Positions 8,595-16,645 of a DNA stretch of 64,000 nt are shown piece after piece. The position numbers and the translations under genes were made by a program. The stretch's first letter is position 1. The number at the start of each line of letters is the position of its first letter. Below the pieces are notes generated by a model. That model ran no database searches. It was not told the DNA's origin and worked only from the letters and a program-made list of their open reading frames with translations. Origin of the DNA: Bacillota bacterium (lineage in GTDB: Bacteria > Bacillota > Desulfotomaculia > Desulfotomaculales > Desulfocucumaceae); contig JBMOPF010000085.1 of NCBI GenBank assembly GCA_049325075.1, forward strand, positions 12,065-76,064, given 5' to 3'.

Positions 8595-8649
8595 CCTAAC
8601 CAGCTAACCAACTATCCAACTCAACCAACCAACTCCGTCTGTCAACTCC
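8595..8649 (+). repeat. CCAAC/TAACC low-complexity tract with about 7-nt periodicity
   Basis: CCTAACCAGCTAACCAACTATCCAACTCAACCAACCAACTCC... Its reverse complement (AGTTGG units) resembles the 15396..15432 tract. Confidence 0.7.
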
Positions 8650-10195
8650 TTTTTATTATGTGGCTGATTCTGCTTAAATCCGCGGCATTTATGCCTCCGG
8701 TAAATAAGAGTGCGCCCAGATAGGAAATGGCGCCGGCGGCCAGTGTAAGTGCCAGGCCGGGCAGCCCGGGCGCATCAAAAAAGCCGGCCAGGGCAAGCTT
8801 TGTTTGCAGCATTACCATTCCGGCCGCCGCGGCGGCTATGACGGGCTTGTATGCGCAGGACACGGCGTTGATGCTGATGCCTGTGTGCTTTTTCAGGTCT
8901 CTGTAATTAAGGCAGGCCAAAATAATGTAGCCGACGGCCAGGGAAAGGGCTGTTCCCTGTATACCGAATCCCGGTATGGAGGTAAGGAAATAAATGCCCG
9001 TTATTTTAAAGACCGAGGCCTTGACCAGGTTTTTAAAGGGTACCACGGCCCTTCCAAGGCCCTGTAGTATGCCGGTGGTGGTTTGATGCAGATAAAGAAA
9101 CGGACCGCTTAGAGCCAGTACAAAAAGGGCGTCGCCGGCGGACGCATAACCGAAGAATACCTGGCACATTTCATGGGGCAGTACCAGAAAGACTGCCGCT
9201 ACAGGCGCTCCCACCATTATTGTGATTCTGACAGCCTCTTCAATCCTGTTTTTGAGCAGCATGGTCTTTCCCTGGGCCATTGCGTCGCTTACTGCGGGGA
9301 TAAGGGCTGTGGTCAGGGCGAGGGTTATCACACCCGGGGTAAAAAAAAGGGCCTCCGTGATACCGACAAACTTTCCGAAGGCGGCGGTGGACTCCCACAT
9401 GGACATTCCGGACAGCAGGAGTCTCCTGGGAATAATAAGGGCGTCCAGGGACATCAGCGCGGTGGATACAAACCTGGTCAGGGTTACCGGAATGCCAAGA
9501 TTGAATATCCTTCCCAGCACATTTGAAGTGGGCGTGGGGTCAAAGGCGGAGGCGTAAAGGCGCGGCCGCCTGGTTGCATAAATATACAGCATGATTAAAA
9601 AACCCGACAGCTCTCCGCAGATAACCCCCAGTGAAATCCCCAGGGAGGCATACTTTATGCCATGGGGAAGCATAATAGAGGCGATGCCCAGCCCGGCGGC
9701 AACCCTCACCAGTTGCTCAATTGCCTGGGTGACAGCAGTTGGGGACATCCTCTGAAGTCCCTGGAAAAAACCCCGGAAGGCCGAACATATTGATACTATC
9801 AGCACTCCTGGCACCAGACTGACGAAACAGGGGTATACATCCGGGTTGGCAAAGACATGCCTTGTCAGAAGGGGTGCGCATAATAAAAGGAGGACCATTA
9901 AAAGCGAAGAACTGGCTATGATTATGGAAAGGGAGATTTTAAATATACGGTAGGCCCCGGAGAGGTTGCCCACCGCTACTTCCTCCGCCACCAGTTTGGA
10001 TATGGCCACCGGTATGCCGAGGGAGGCCAGAACCAGCATCATTATGTAAACAGGGAAAATCATGCTGAAGAGGCCTACGCCTTCCGGGCGGATAAGCCGC
10101 ATCATCATGATCTGGTAAATAAAACCCACAAACCTGTTAAAGACGTTGGCCGCCAGCAATACAGCGGTTCCGTAAAGAAAAGACCGGCCGGACAT
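8642..10195 (-). CDS. spoVB: stage V sporulation protein B / MOP-superfamily polysaccharide flippase
   Basis: A ~14-TM protein beginning 'MSGRSFLYGTAVLLAANVFNRFVGFIYQIMMMRLI', as in SpoVB/MurJ-like proteins. Start at the ATG with an AGGGGTGAG RBS (the track start is 10264). Confidence 0.7.
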   Translation of the reverse strand: MSGRSFLYGTAVLLAANVFNRFVGFIYQIMMMRLIRPEGVGLFSMIFPVYIMMLVLASLGIPVAISKLVAEEVAVGNLSGAYRIFKISLSIIIASSSLLMVLLLLCAPLLTRHVFANPDVYPCFVSLVPGVLIVSICSAFRGFFQGLQRMSPTAVTQAIEQLVRVAAGLGIASIMLPHGIKYASLGISLGVICGELSGFLIMLYIYATRRPRLYASAFDPTPTSNVLGRIFNLGIPVTLTRFVSTALMSLDALIIPRRLLLSGMSMWESTAAFGKFVGITEALFFTPGVITLALTTALIPAVSDAMAQGKTMLLKNRIEEAVRITIMVGAPVAAVFLVLPHEMCQVFFGYASAGDALFVLALSGPFLYLHQTTTGILQGLGRAVVPFKNLVKASVFKITGIYFLTSIPGFGIQGTALSLAVGYIILACLNYRDLKKHTGISINAVSCAYKPVIAAAAAGMVMLQTKLALAGFFDAPGLPGLALTLAAGAISYLGALLFTGGINAADLSRISHIIKRS

Positions 10196-10465
10196 GTTCT
10201 CACCCCTGTCTATATGTATGTCCAGGCGGTGTCTTCTATGAAAGCTTCGGGAAGTCAAAGCCACAGCGTCTATGTATGTATTAAAAAGATTAAAATATAA
10301 AAAGGATATTGTGATTTTCTGTGGAATAAATATAATTTATTTGAATGGGATTGCCGTATTTATCCGGTAATCGGCTCTTTCGGGAGCTGTTTTTTATGTT
10401 TATCAATACATTGGAATAGAAATACTTTGCAATGGTAACATTATTTACAAAGGAGGCAGGGAACT

Positions 10466-12487
10466 TTGAAAAATTATCCGGGTGATAAAATCCGAAACGT
10501 CGGTGTGGTTGCACACGGCGGGGCCGGTAAGACTTCGCTAGTGGAAGCCATTTTGTTCAATACCGGGGCCATCAACAGGCTGGGCAGGGTGGAAGACGGG
10601 ACCACCACCTCAGACTACCATCCAGAGGAAACGAGCCGACAGCTTACAATTCATGCAAGCCTTGTTCCCAGCGAGTGGAAGGTCTGTAAAATTAACCTTA
10701 TAGATACGCCGGGCTACTCTGATTTTATCGGTGAGGTAAAAGGAGCGCTGCGTGTGGTGGATAGCACCCTGTTCGTAGTCTCAGCCGTCGACGGCGTGGA
10801 GGTCCAGACGGAGATTATCTGGGACTTCGCCGATGACAAGAATATGCCCAGGGTTGTATTTATCAACAAGATGGACCGTGAAAACGCCAACTTCTATAAG
10901 GTGCTGGACGAGCTTAAGGAAAACTTCAGCGCCAATTTTGCCCCCGTCCAACTCCCCATAGGCCAGGCCCTGGATTTTACCGGTGTAGTTGACCTGTTGG
11001 AGCAAAAGGCCTATTTATTTAAAGACGGGAAGGCCGAGGAGATTGAGATTCCAGCCGATATGGCAGATGTTATTGCGGAAAACAGGGAAAAGCTGGTGGA
11101 AGCGGCAGTCGAGGGCGACGATGACCTGATGATGAAATACCTGGATGGGGAAGAGCTTACCCCTGATGAAATAAGGCTCGGTCTTTCCGCCGGGGTGAAA
11201 GCCGGCAAAGTGGTGCCGGTGCTGTGCGGCTCGGCAACCAAGAACATGGCTGTCACAACCCTGATGGACTTTATGGTTAACTACCTCCCTGCGCCGGAGG
11301 TTGAAGATGTAAAACATTTTTCAGCCCTGGTTTTCAAAACACTGGCCGACCCGTATGTGGGCAAAATGAACTTTATAAGGGTTTACACCGGAACGCTGAA
11401 GAGCGATATGACAATTTATAACGCCAATAAGGAAAAGACTGAAAAGGTTGGTCAGATTTTGTTTGCCCGTGGAAAGACAACGGCACAGACACAGGAGGTA
11501 GCCGCGGGAGATCTGGCTGTGCTGGTGAAACTTCAGGAAACCGATACAGGAGATACACTCTGCGAAAAGGATAAGCCGGTTGTTTTGGAGGGAATCGACT
11601 TCCCCGAACCCACCCTTTCTGTTGCCATAACTCCAAAGAGCAAAGGCGACGAGGACAAGATGGGCAGCGCCATAAGCAAAATACTCGAAGAGGACAAAAC
11701 AATCAGGGTTCAGAAAAATGTTGAGACAAAACAGAACCTGGTCACCGGAATGGGTGAGATGCACCTTGATATCATTATAGACCGGCTTAAGAGGCGCTAT
11801 GGCGTTGATGTGGTTACCGACTCACCAAAGGTTCCTTACCGTGAAACAATTCGCTCAGAGGTTAAGGTGGAAGGGAAGCACAAAAAGCAAACCGGCGGCC
11901 ACGGGCAGTACGGCCATGTCTGGCTGAGGCTTGAGCCCCTTGCGGATGAGGAGTTTCAATTTGCAGAGGAAATTTTTGGCGGGGCGGTTCCGAGGAACTA
12001 TTTCCCGGCAGTTGAAAAGGGAATTCGCGAGGCCATGTCCGAGGGTATTCTGGCGGGCTACCCGGTTACCGGAGTCAAGGCGGTGCTTGTTGACGGGTCC
12101 TACCACCCGGTGGACTCATCTGAAATGGCCTTTAAAATAGCGGGGTCACTGGCTTTCAAAAAGGGGATGCAGCAGGCCAAGCCGGTGTTGCTGGAACCAA
12201 TAATGAATGTTGAGGTTACGGTTCCGGAAAGTTTTATGGGTGATATTATCAGCGACTTTAATACAAAGAGGGGCCGTATACTGGGCATGGAGCCGGGCGG
12301 CAAGCAGACCAAGGTAAAGGCCCAGGTCCCGCTGTCTGAAATGTACAGGTATGCCATTGACCTCAAGTCCATGACCCAGGGCAGGGGATCGTTCGCCATG
12401 GAGTTTCTGGGGTATGAGGAATTGCCCGGCAGGCTGGCCGAAGATGTAATCAAAAAAGCCAAGGCTGAGGCGGAGGCGGAAAAATAA
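10466..12487 (+). CDS. elongation factor G paralog (EF-G-like GTPase, outside a str operon)
   Basis: 673 aa with all five EF-G domains ('DTPGYSDF', 'NKMD', 'GEMHLDI'). The P-loop is 'AHGGAGKTS' rather than the canonical 'AHIDAGKTT'. TTG start 9 nt after AGGAGG. Confidence 0.85.
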   Translation: MKNYPGDKIRNVGVVAHGGAGKTSLVEAILFNTGAINRLGRVEDGTTTSDYHPEETSRQLTIHASLVPSEWKVCKINLIDTPGYSDFIGEVKGALRVVDSTLFVVSAVDGVEVQTEIIWDFADDKNMPRVVFINKMDRENANFYKVLDELKENFSANFAPVQLPIGQALDFTGVVDLLEQKAYLFKDGKAEEIEIPADMADVIAENREKLVEAAVEGDDDLMMKYLDGEELTPDEIRLGLSAGVKAGKVVPVLCGSATKNMAVTTLMDFMVNYLPAPEVEDVKHFSALVFKTLADPYVGKMNFIRVYTGTLKSDMTIYNANKEKTEKVGQILFARGKTTAQTQEVAAGDLAVLVKLQETDTGDTLCEKDKPVVLEGIDFPEPTLSVAITPKSKGDEDKMGSAISKILEEDKTIRVQKNVETKQNLVTGMGEMHLDIIIDRLKRRYGVDVVTDSPKVPYRETIRSEVKVEGKHKKQTGGHGQYGHVWLRLEPLADEEFQFAEEIFGGAVPRNYFPAVEKGIREAMSEGILAGYPVTGVKAVLVDGSYHPVDSSEMAFKIAGSLAFKKGMQQAKPVLLEPIMNVEVTVPESFMGDIISDFNTKRGRILGMEPGGKQTKVKAQVPLSEMYRYAIDLKSMTQGRGSFAMEFLGYEELPGRLAEDVIKKAKAEAEAEK

Positions 12488-12497
12488 AAAAGCCTTA

Positions 12498-12608
12498 ATG
12501 TTTAAGGCTTCCCTATAGCCAACAGAGGAATGCTTTTTTGAAACGCTTTTAACGGAAAGTCGGAAACAGAGGAGAACTATACTTTCCTAAGCGTTATAAA
12601 AAAACAAC
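12498..12608 (+). repeat. copy 1 of a ~110-nt conserved intergenic element (candidate ncRNA)
   Basis: By eye about 70% identical to 26857..26964. Shared blocks are GTTTA(A)GGCTTCCC...AGCC, ATGCTTT, TTTTAACGGAAAG(T/C)CGG, TTTCCT and ATAAAAAAACAA. Confidence 0.7.
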
Positions 12609-12613
12609 CGAAG

Positions 12614-12645
12614 GGAACCTGTTTTGGAACAGGTTCCTCTTTTTA
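12614..12645. terminator. intrinsic terminator between convergent EF-G and mutase genes
   Basis: GGAACCTGTT-ttgg-AACAGGTTCC followed by TCTTTTTAT. Confidence 0.8.
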
Positions 12646-12704
12646 TAGCATAGAGCATAGATCAATGGTTCGCCCACTGAACACCCTGAATTGGGTTGTT
12701 TTTG

Positions 12705-13106
12705 TCAGTCTGTGTCAACGTTTGCTTGAATCCAGTCGACTATGGTTTCAATGGGGGTGCCGGGGGTGAATATTTCCTGTGCCCACCCGTTTTCCTTGAG
12801 GGCGGCAATGTCATCAGCCGGTATGGTTCCGCCTCCCATAACCATGATATCTTCGGCCCCCTTTTCCTTTAACAGCTCGTTTACCCGGGGAAACACAGTC
12901 ATGTGGGCGCCGGAAAGAATACTTAGTCCAACCACGTCGACATCTTCCTGTATGGCGGCCTCAACTATCTGTTCCGGAGTCTGGTGCAGGCCGGTGTAGA
13001 TTACTTCCATGCCGGCGTCCCTTAAACCCCGTGCTATTACACGGGCGCCCCTGTCGTGTCCATCAAGGCCTGGTTTGGCCACCAGCACCCTAATTTTTCC
13101 ACCCAT
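12705..13106 (-). CDS. icmB: B12-binding small subunit of acyl-CoA mutase (IcmB-like)
   Basis: '[20 protein letters not shown]' (DxHxxG cobalamin motif) and 'GGGTIP'. Start placed at the ATG after GAGGTGGAG (the track start 13115 is a GTG). Confidence 0.8.
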   Translation of the reverse strand: MGGKIRVLVAKPGLDGHDRGARVIARGLRDAGMEVIYTGLHQTPEQIVEAAIQEDVDVVGLSILSGAHMTVFPRVNELLKEKGAEDIMVMGGGTIPADDIAALKENGWAQEIFTPGTPIETIVDWIQANVDTD

Positions 13107-13130
13107 TTGCTCCACCTCATAAAAAAGATT

Positions 13131-14792
13131 TTAAAATATCGGCTTTTCCCTGTATTCACCAAACACCTCGCGCATCACCTGGATGATCTCGCCTTCAGTA
13201 GCATAAGACCTTACGCATTCAAGTATAAAGGGAATCAGGTTTTCAGTGCCGGAGGCCGCTTTTCTCAGGCTGTTCAGAGTTTCTCCAACCCGCAGGTTGT
13301 CCCTTTCACTGCGGAGTTTCTGAACACGGGCCACCTGGTCCTTCTCAATCCGGGGATCGATTTTCAAAAGGTCTATATCAATGGTTTCATCTTCGTCAAC
13401 AAACTGGTTGACACCAACCATTATCCGCTTTTTATTATCCACATCGACCTGGAAGCGGTAGGCGGCATCAGCTATTTCCTGCTGGAAGAAATTCTGGTCA
13501 ATGGCCTTGAGGACACCTCCGCGCCTTTCTATTTCCGCAAAATACTTTTCCGCCTCTTCTTCCATTTTACTGGTCAGCGCTTCCACGAAGTAGGATCCGC
13601 CAAGGGGATCGATAACATTGGCCACGCCGGTTTCATAGGCAAGTATTTGCTGGGTGCGCAGAGCTATTTGTACAGCCTTTTCGGTGGGCAGGGCCAACAC
13701 CTCGTCCATTGAATTGGTGTGCAGGGACTGGGTTCCCCCCAGGACTGCGGCCAGTGCCTGGTACGCCGTACGGATGATGTTGTTTTCCGGCTGCTGTGCG
13801 GTCAGACTGCAGCCGGCTGTCTGGGTGTGAAAGCGGAGCATCCAGGACCGGGGGTCTTTGGCGCCGTACTTATTCTTCATGCGCCTTGCCCAGATGCGGC
13901 GGGCGGCCCTGTATTTGGCTATCTCCTCAAAAAAGTCCACATGGGAATTAAAAAAGAAAGAAAGTCTGGGAGCGAAGTCATCCACATTAAGTCCCGCCTC
14001 AATGCCGGCCTCCACATAGGCGAAGCCGTCGGCCAGGGTAAAGGCCAGTTCCTGGACGGCGGTGGAACCGGCTTCCCTTATGTGATAACCGCTTATGCTG
14101 ATGGTGTTCCATTTGGGCACATGCCTGGAGGCATGGGCGAATATATCGGTAATCAGCCGCATTGAGGGGGCGGGAGGGAATATCCATGACTTCTGGGCAA
14201 TGTATTCCTTTAGAATGTCGTTCTGAATGGTCCCGGTCAGCTTTTCCGGGGGCACTCCCTGTTTTTCCCCGGTGGCGATATACATGCACCACAATATTGA
14301 GGCCGGGGCGTTTATGGTCATGGAGGTGCTTACCCGGTCAAGGGGTATTCCATCAAAAAGGGTCTCCATGTCCTGCAGGGAGTCAATGGCCACGCCGACA
14401 CGGCCAACTTCTCCGAAGGCCCTGGGGTGGTCGCTGTCATAGCCCATGATGGTGGGCATGTCAAAGGCTACACTGAGGCCGGTCTGACCCTTTGAGAGGA
14501 GGTATTTGTACCTTTCATTGGACTCCCTGGCCGTGGCAAAGCCTGCGAACTGGCGCATGGTCCAGAGCCGGCCCCGGTACATGTTATCCCTGATGCCCCT
14601 GGTATAGGGGTACTGTCCGGGCATGCCCAGGTCATCCTGATACTGGAGGCTGTCTGTGTCAAGAGGCGTATACAGATCGTTCACTGGAAGCGAGGAGACA
14701 GTCTCAAATTTAAAGTCACGGTCCTTGAGAAGCTTTCGTTTTTCCAGCCATGCATCCTTCATTTCGGCTATATTGTCTTTTTCATATTTCAT
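13131..14792 (-). CDS. icmA: acyl-CoA mutase large subunit with isobutyryl-CoA-mutase-type active-site residues (IcmA-like)
   Basis: 553 aa, collinear with the MutB catalytic barrel. It has 'TMRQFAGF' where MCM has RQYAGF, and '[13 protein letters not shown]' where MCM has KEFMVRNTYIYPP. Confidence 0.75.
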   Translation of the reverse strand: MKYEKDNIAEMKDAWLEKRKLLKDRDFKFETVSSLPVNDLYTPLDTDSLQYQDDLGMPGQYPYTRGIRDNMYRGRLWTMRQFAGFATARESNERYKYLLSKGQTGLSVAFDMPTIMGYDSDHPRAFGEVGRVGVAIDSLQDMETLFDGIPLDRVSTSMTINAPASILWCMYIATGEKQGVPPEKLTGTIQNDILKEYIAQKSWIFPPAPSMRLITDIFAHASRHVPKWNTISISGYHIREAGSTAVQELAFTLADGFAYVEAGIEAGLNVDDFAPRLSFFFNSHVDFFEEIAKYRAARRIWARRMKNKYGAKDPRSWMLRFHTQTAGCSLTAQQPENNIIRTAYQALAAVLGGTQSLHTNSMDEVLALPTEKAVQIALRTQQILAYETGVANVIDPLGGSYFVEALTSKMEEEAEKYFAEIERRGGVLKAIDQNFFQQEIADAAYRFQVDVDNKKRIMVGVNQFVDEDETIDIDLLKIDPRIEKDQVARVQKLRSERDNLRVGETLNSLRKAASGTENLIPFILECVRSYATEGEIIQVMREVFGEYREKPIF

Positions 14793-14821
14793 CTATTATG
14801 CTCCTTCCCGGAGTGCAATTT

Positions 14822-15355
14822 TTAAAACTCAATTCCTTCCCTTGCCTCAACCCCCTGGTAGAAGGGGTGTTTTACCAGGGTGACCTCTGTAACCAGGTCC
14901 GCCATCTCCAGAACTTTATCGTGGGCAGCCCTGCCGGTGATAACCAGCTCTACGTGTTCAGGCCTGAGGCTTATGATTTCCAGAACCTGCTCAAGGGTGA
15001 CAAGGTTATAGTCCAGGGCCACATTCAGCTCATCCAGTATCACCAGGTCGTATTGGCCTCCGGAAACCACCTCTACGGCCCTTTTTATGCCTTCCCGGGC
15101 CAGCCTGCGGTCCTCGGGAGAGGGATTTTCCCTGTCCACAAAGGTTTCCAGCCCGTATTGCTCGATGGTTACACCGGGAAGGTAATTGCGGACTGCCCTT
15201 AGTTCACCGTAGTCAGGCCAGCCTTTCATGAACATAAGTATAATTACACTGTGACCGTGTCCAACGGCCCTCAGGGAAAGTCCCAGGGAAGCCGTGGTTT
15301 TTCCCTTTCCGTTGCCGGTATATACCTGAAGGCAACCTTTCCTCGGCTTTTTCAT
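14822..15355 (-). CDS. cobO: cob(I)yrinic acid a,c-diamide / corrinoid adenosyltransferase (CobA/CobO/BtuR type)
   Basis: 'YTGNGKGKTTASLGLSLRAVGHG' P-loop and 'LDELNVAL'. 177 aa. Confidence 0.85.
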   Translation of the reverse strand: MKKPRKGCLQVYTGNGKGKTTASLGLSLRAVGHGHSVIILMFMKGWPDYGELRAVRNYLPGVTIEQYGLETFVDRENPSPEDRRLAREGIKRAVEVVSGGQYDLVILDELNVALDYNLVTLEQVLEIISLRPEHVELVITGRAAHDKVLEMADLVTEVTLVKHPFYQGVEAREGIEF

Positions 15356-15395
15356 GCAGCACCTCCTTAAATGCTTATACTGATATTCTTATCTG

Positions 15396-15432
15396 TCAGA
15401 AGTTAGAAGCCGGAAGTTGGAAGTTGGAATGG
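15396..15432 (+). repeat. heptanucleotide-periodic tandem repeat
   Basis: TCAGAAG TTAGAAG CCGGAAG TTGGAAG TTGGAAT GG, between acd and cobO. Confidence 0.8.
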
Positions 15433-15481
15433 TTTGAGCATTCCCCAGAGCTGACAATGCGCGAAGTGGGGATGTAAGGAA

Positions 15482-16627
15482 TCATTCTTTCATTAAATTT
15501 TTGGCGATAACCATACGCTGGATCTGGTTGGTGCCCTCATAAATCTGGGTAATCTTGGCGTCCCTCATCATCCTTTCCACAGGGTATTCCCTGCAGTAGC
15601 CGTAACCTCCCAGCACCTGGACCGCGTTGGTTGTCACCATCATGGCGGTGTCCGTGGCGTACATCTTTGCCATGGAGGCCTCCTTGGAGTGGGGCGCTCT
15701 CATGTCCTTCAGCCTGGCCGCCCTGTAGACAAGCATTCTGGCGGCGTCAATCTGTACTGCCATGTCCGCCAGCATAAAACCAACCGCCTGCTGTTCAATA
15801 ATAGGCCTGCCGAACTGAACCCTTTGCCTGGCGTATGCCAGGGCAACATCATAGGCGCCCTGGGCTATACCGAGCCCCTGGGCGCCTATTCCTATACGGC
15901 CCCCGTCAAGCAGGGCCATGGCAACCTTGAAGCCTTCACCCTCTACTCCCAGTAGGTTTTCCCTGGGAACCTCGGCGTTTTCAAATATCAATTCAGTTGT
16001 CTGGGACGCGTTAAGTCCCATCTTTTCCTCCCTCTTGCCCACCATAAAGCCGGGGGTGTCCCTGTCCACAAGCAGGCAGGTAATGCCCCTGTAGCCCTTG
16101 CTGCCGGGCTCGGTGCGCACGAAGGTAACATAAACATCAGCCACTCCGCCGTTGGTTATAAATATTTTATTTCCATTAACGATGTACCGGTTGCCATCAA
16201 GCCTGGCGGAGGTGGAGAGTCCGGCCGGATCGGATCCGGCCCCTGGCTCGGTAAGGGCGAAGGCCCCTATCATTTTGCCGGCGGCAAGCTTTGGAAGGTA
16301 TTTCTTTTTCTGTTCCTCAGTTCCGAAAAGTAAAATGGGAAGGGTTCCCACCGAGGTGTGCACCGCCAATATTACTCCTGTTGATGCACAGGCCTTCGAT
16401 ATTTCCTCGATGGTGATAATGTAGCTGAGGAAATCGCAGCCCGCTCCGCCCCACGCCTCGGGAACAGGGACTCCCATCAGGCCAAGCTCGGACATTTTCC
16501 TTATATTTTCCCATGGAAATTCATGCGACCGGTCGTAGTGGGAGGCCCTGGGGGCGATTTCGTTTTGTGCCAGCTTCCGGACCATGTCCCTCATCAGCCT
16601 TTGCTCATCGGTAAGATGGAGAGGCAT
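15482..16627 (-). CDS. short-chain acyl-CoA dehydrogenase
   Basis: 381 aa. 'FALTEPGAGSD', and a C-terminal '[21 protein letters not shown]' typical of butyryl-CoA dehydrogenases. Confidence 0.85.
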   Translation of the reverse strand: MPLHLTDEQRLMRDMVRKLAQNEIAPRASHYDRSHEFPWENIRKMSELGLMGVPVPEAWGGAGCDFLSYIITIEEISKACASTGVILAVHTSVGTLPILLFGTEEQKKKYLPKLAAGKMIGAFALTEPGAGSDPAGLSTSARLDGNRYIVNGNKIFITNGGVADVYVTFVRTEPGSKGYRGITCLLVDRDTPGFMVGKREEKMGLNASQTTELIFENAEVPRENLLGVEGEGFKVAMALLDGGRIGIGAQGLGIAQGAYDVALAYARQRVQFGRPIIEQQAVGFMLADMAVQIDAARMLVYRAARLKDMRAPHSKEASMAKMYATDTAMMVTTNAVQVLGGYGYCREYPVERMMRDAKITQIYEGTNQIQRMVIAKNLMKE

Positions 16628-16645
16628 TGTATTGCTCCTTTCTGG

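Noticed and set aside
8505-8723. 72-aa plus-strand ORF after surE
   Set aside because: It is a translation of the 30-nt tandem repeats and the CCAAC tract, and it runs into the spoVB coding region on the opposite strand.
13131-14792. Default call of methylmalonyl-CoA mutase large subunit
   Set aside because: The substrate-carboxylate residues Tyr and Arg of MCM are replaced by Phe and Gln (RQFAGF, IAQKSW). There are no propionate-pathway partner genes, so the gene is called IcmA-like instead.
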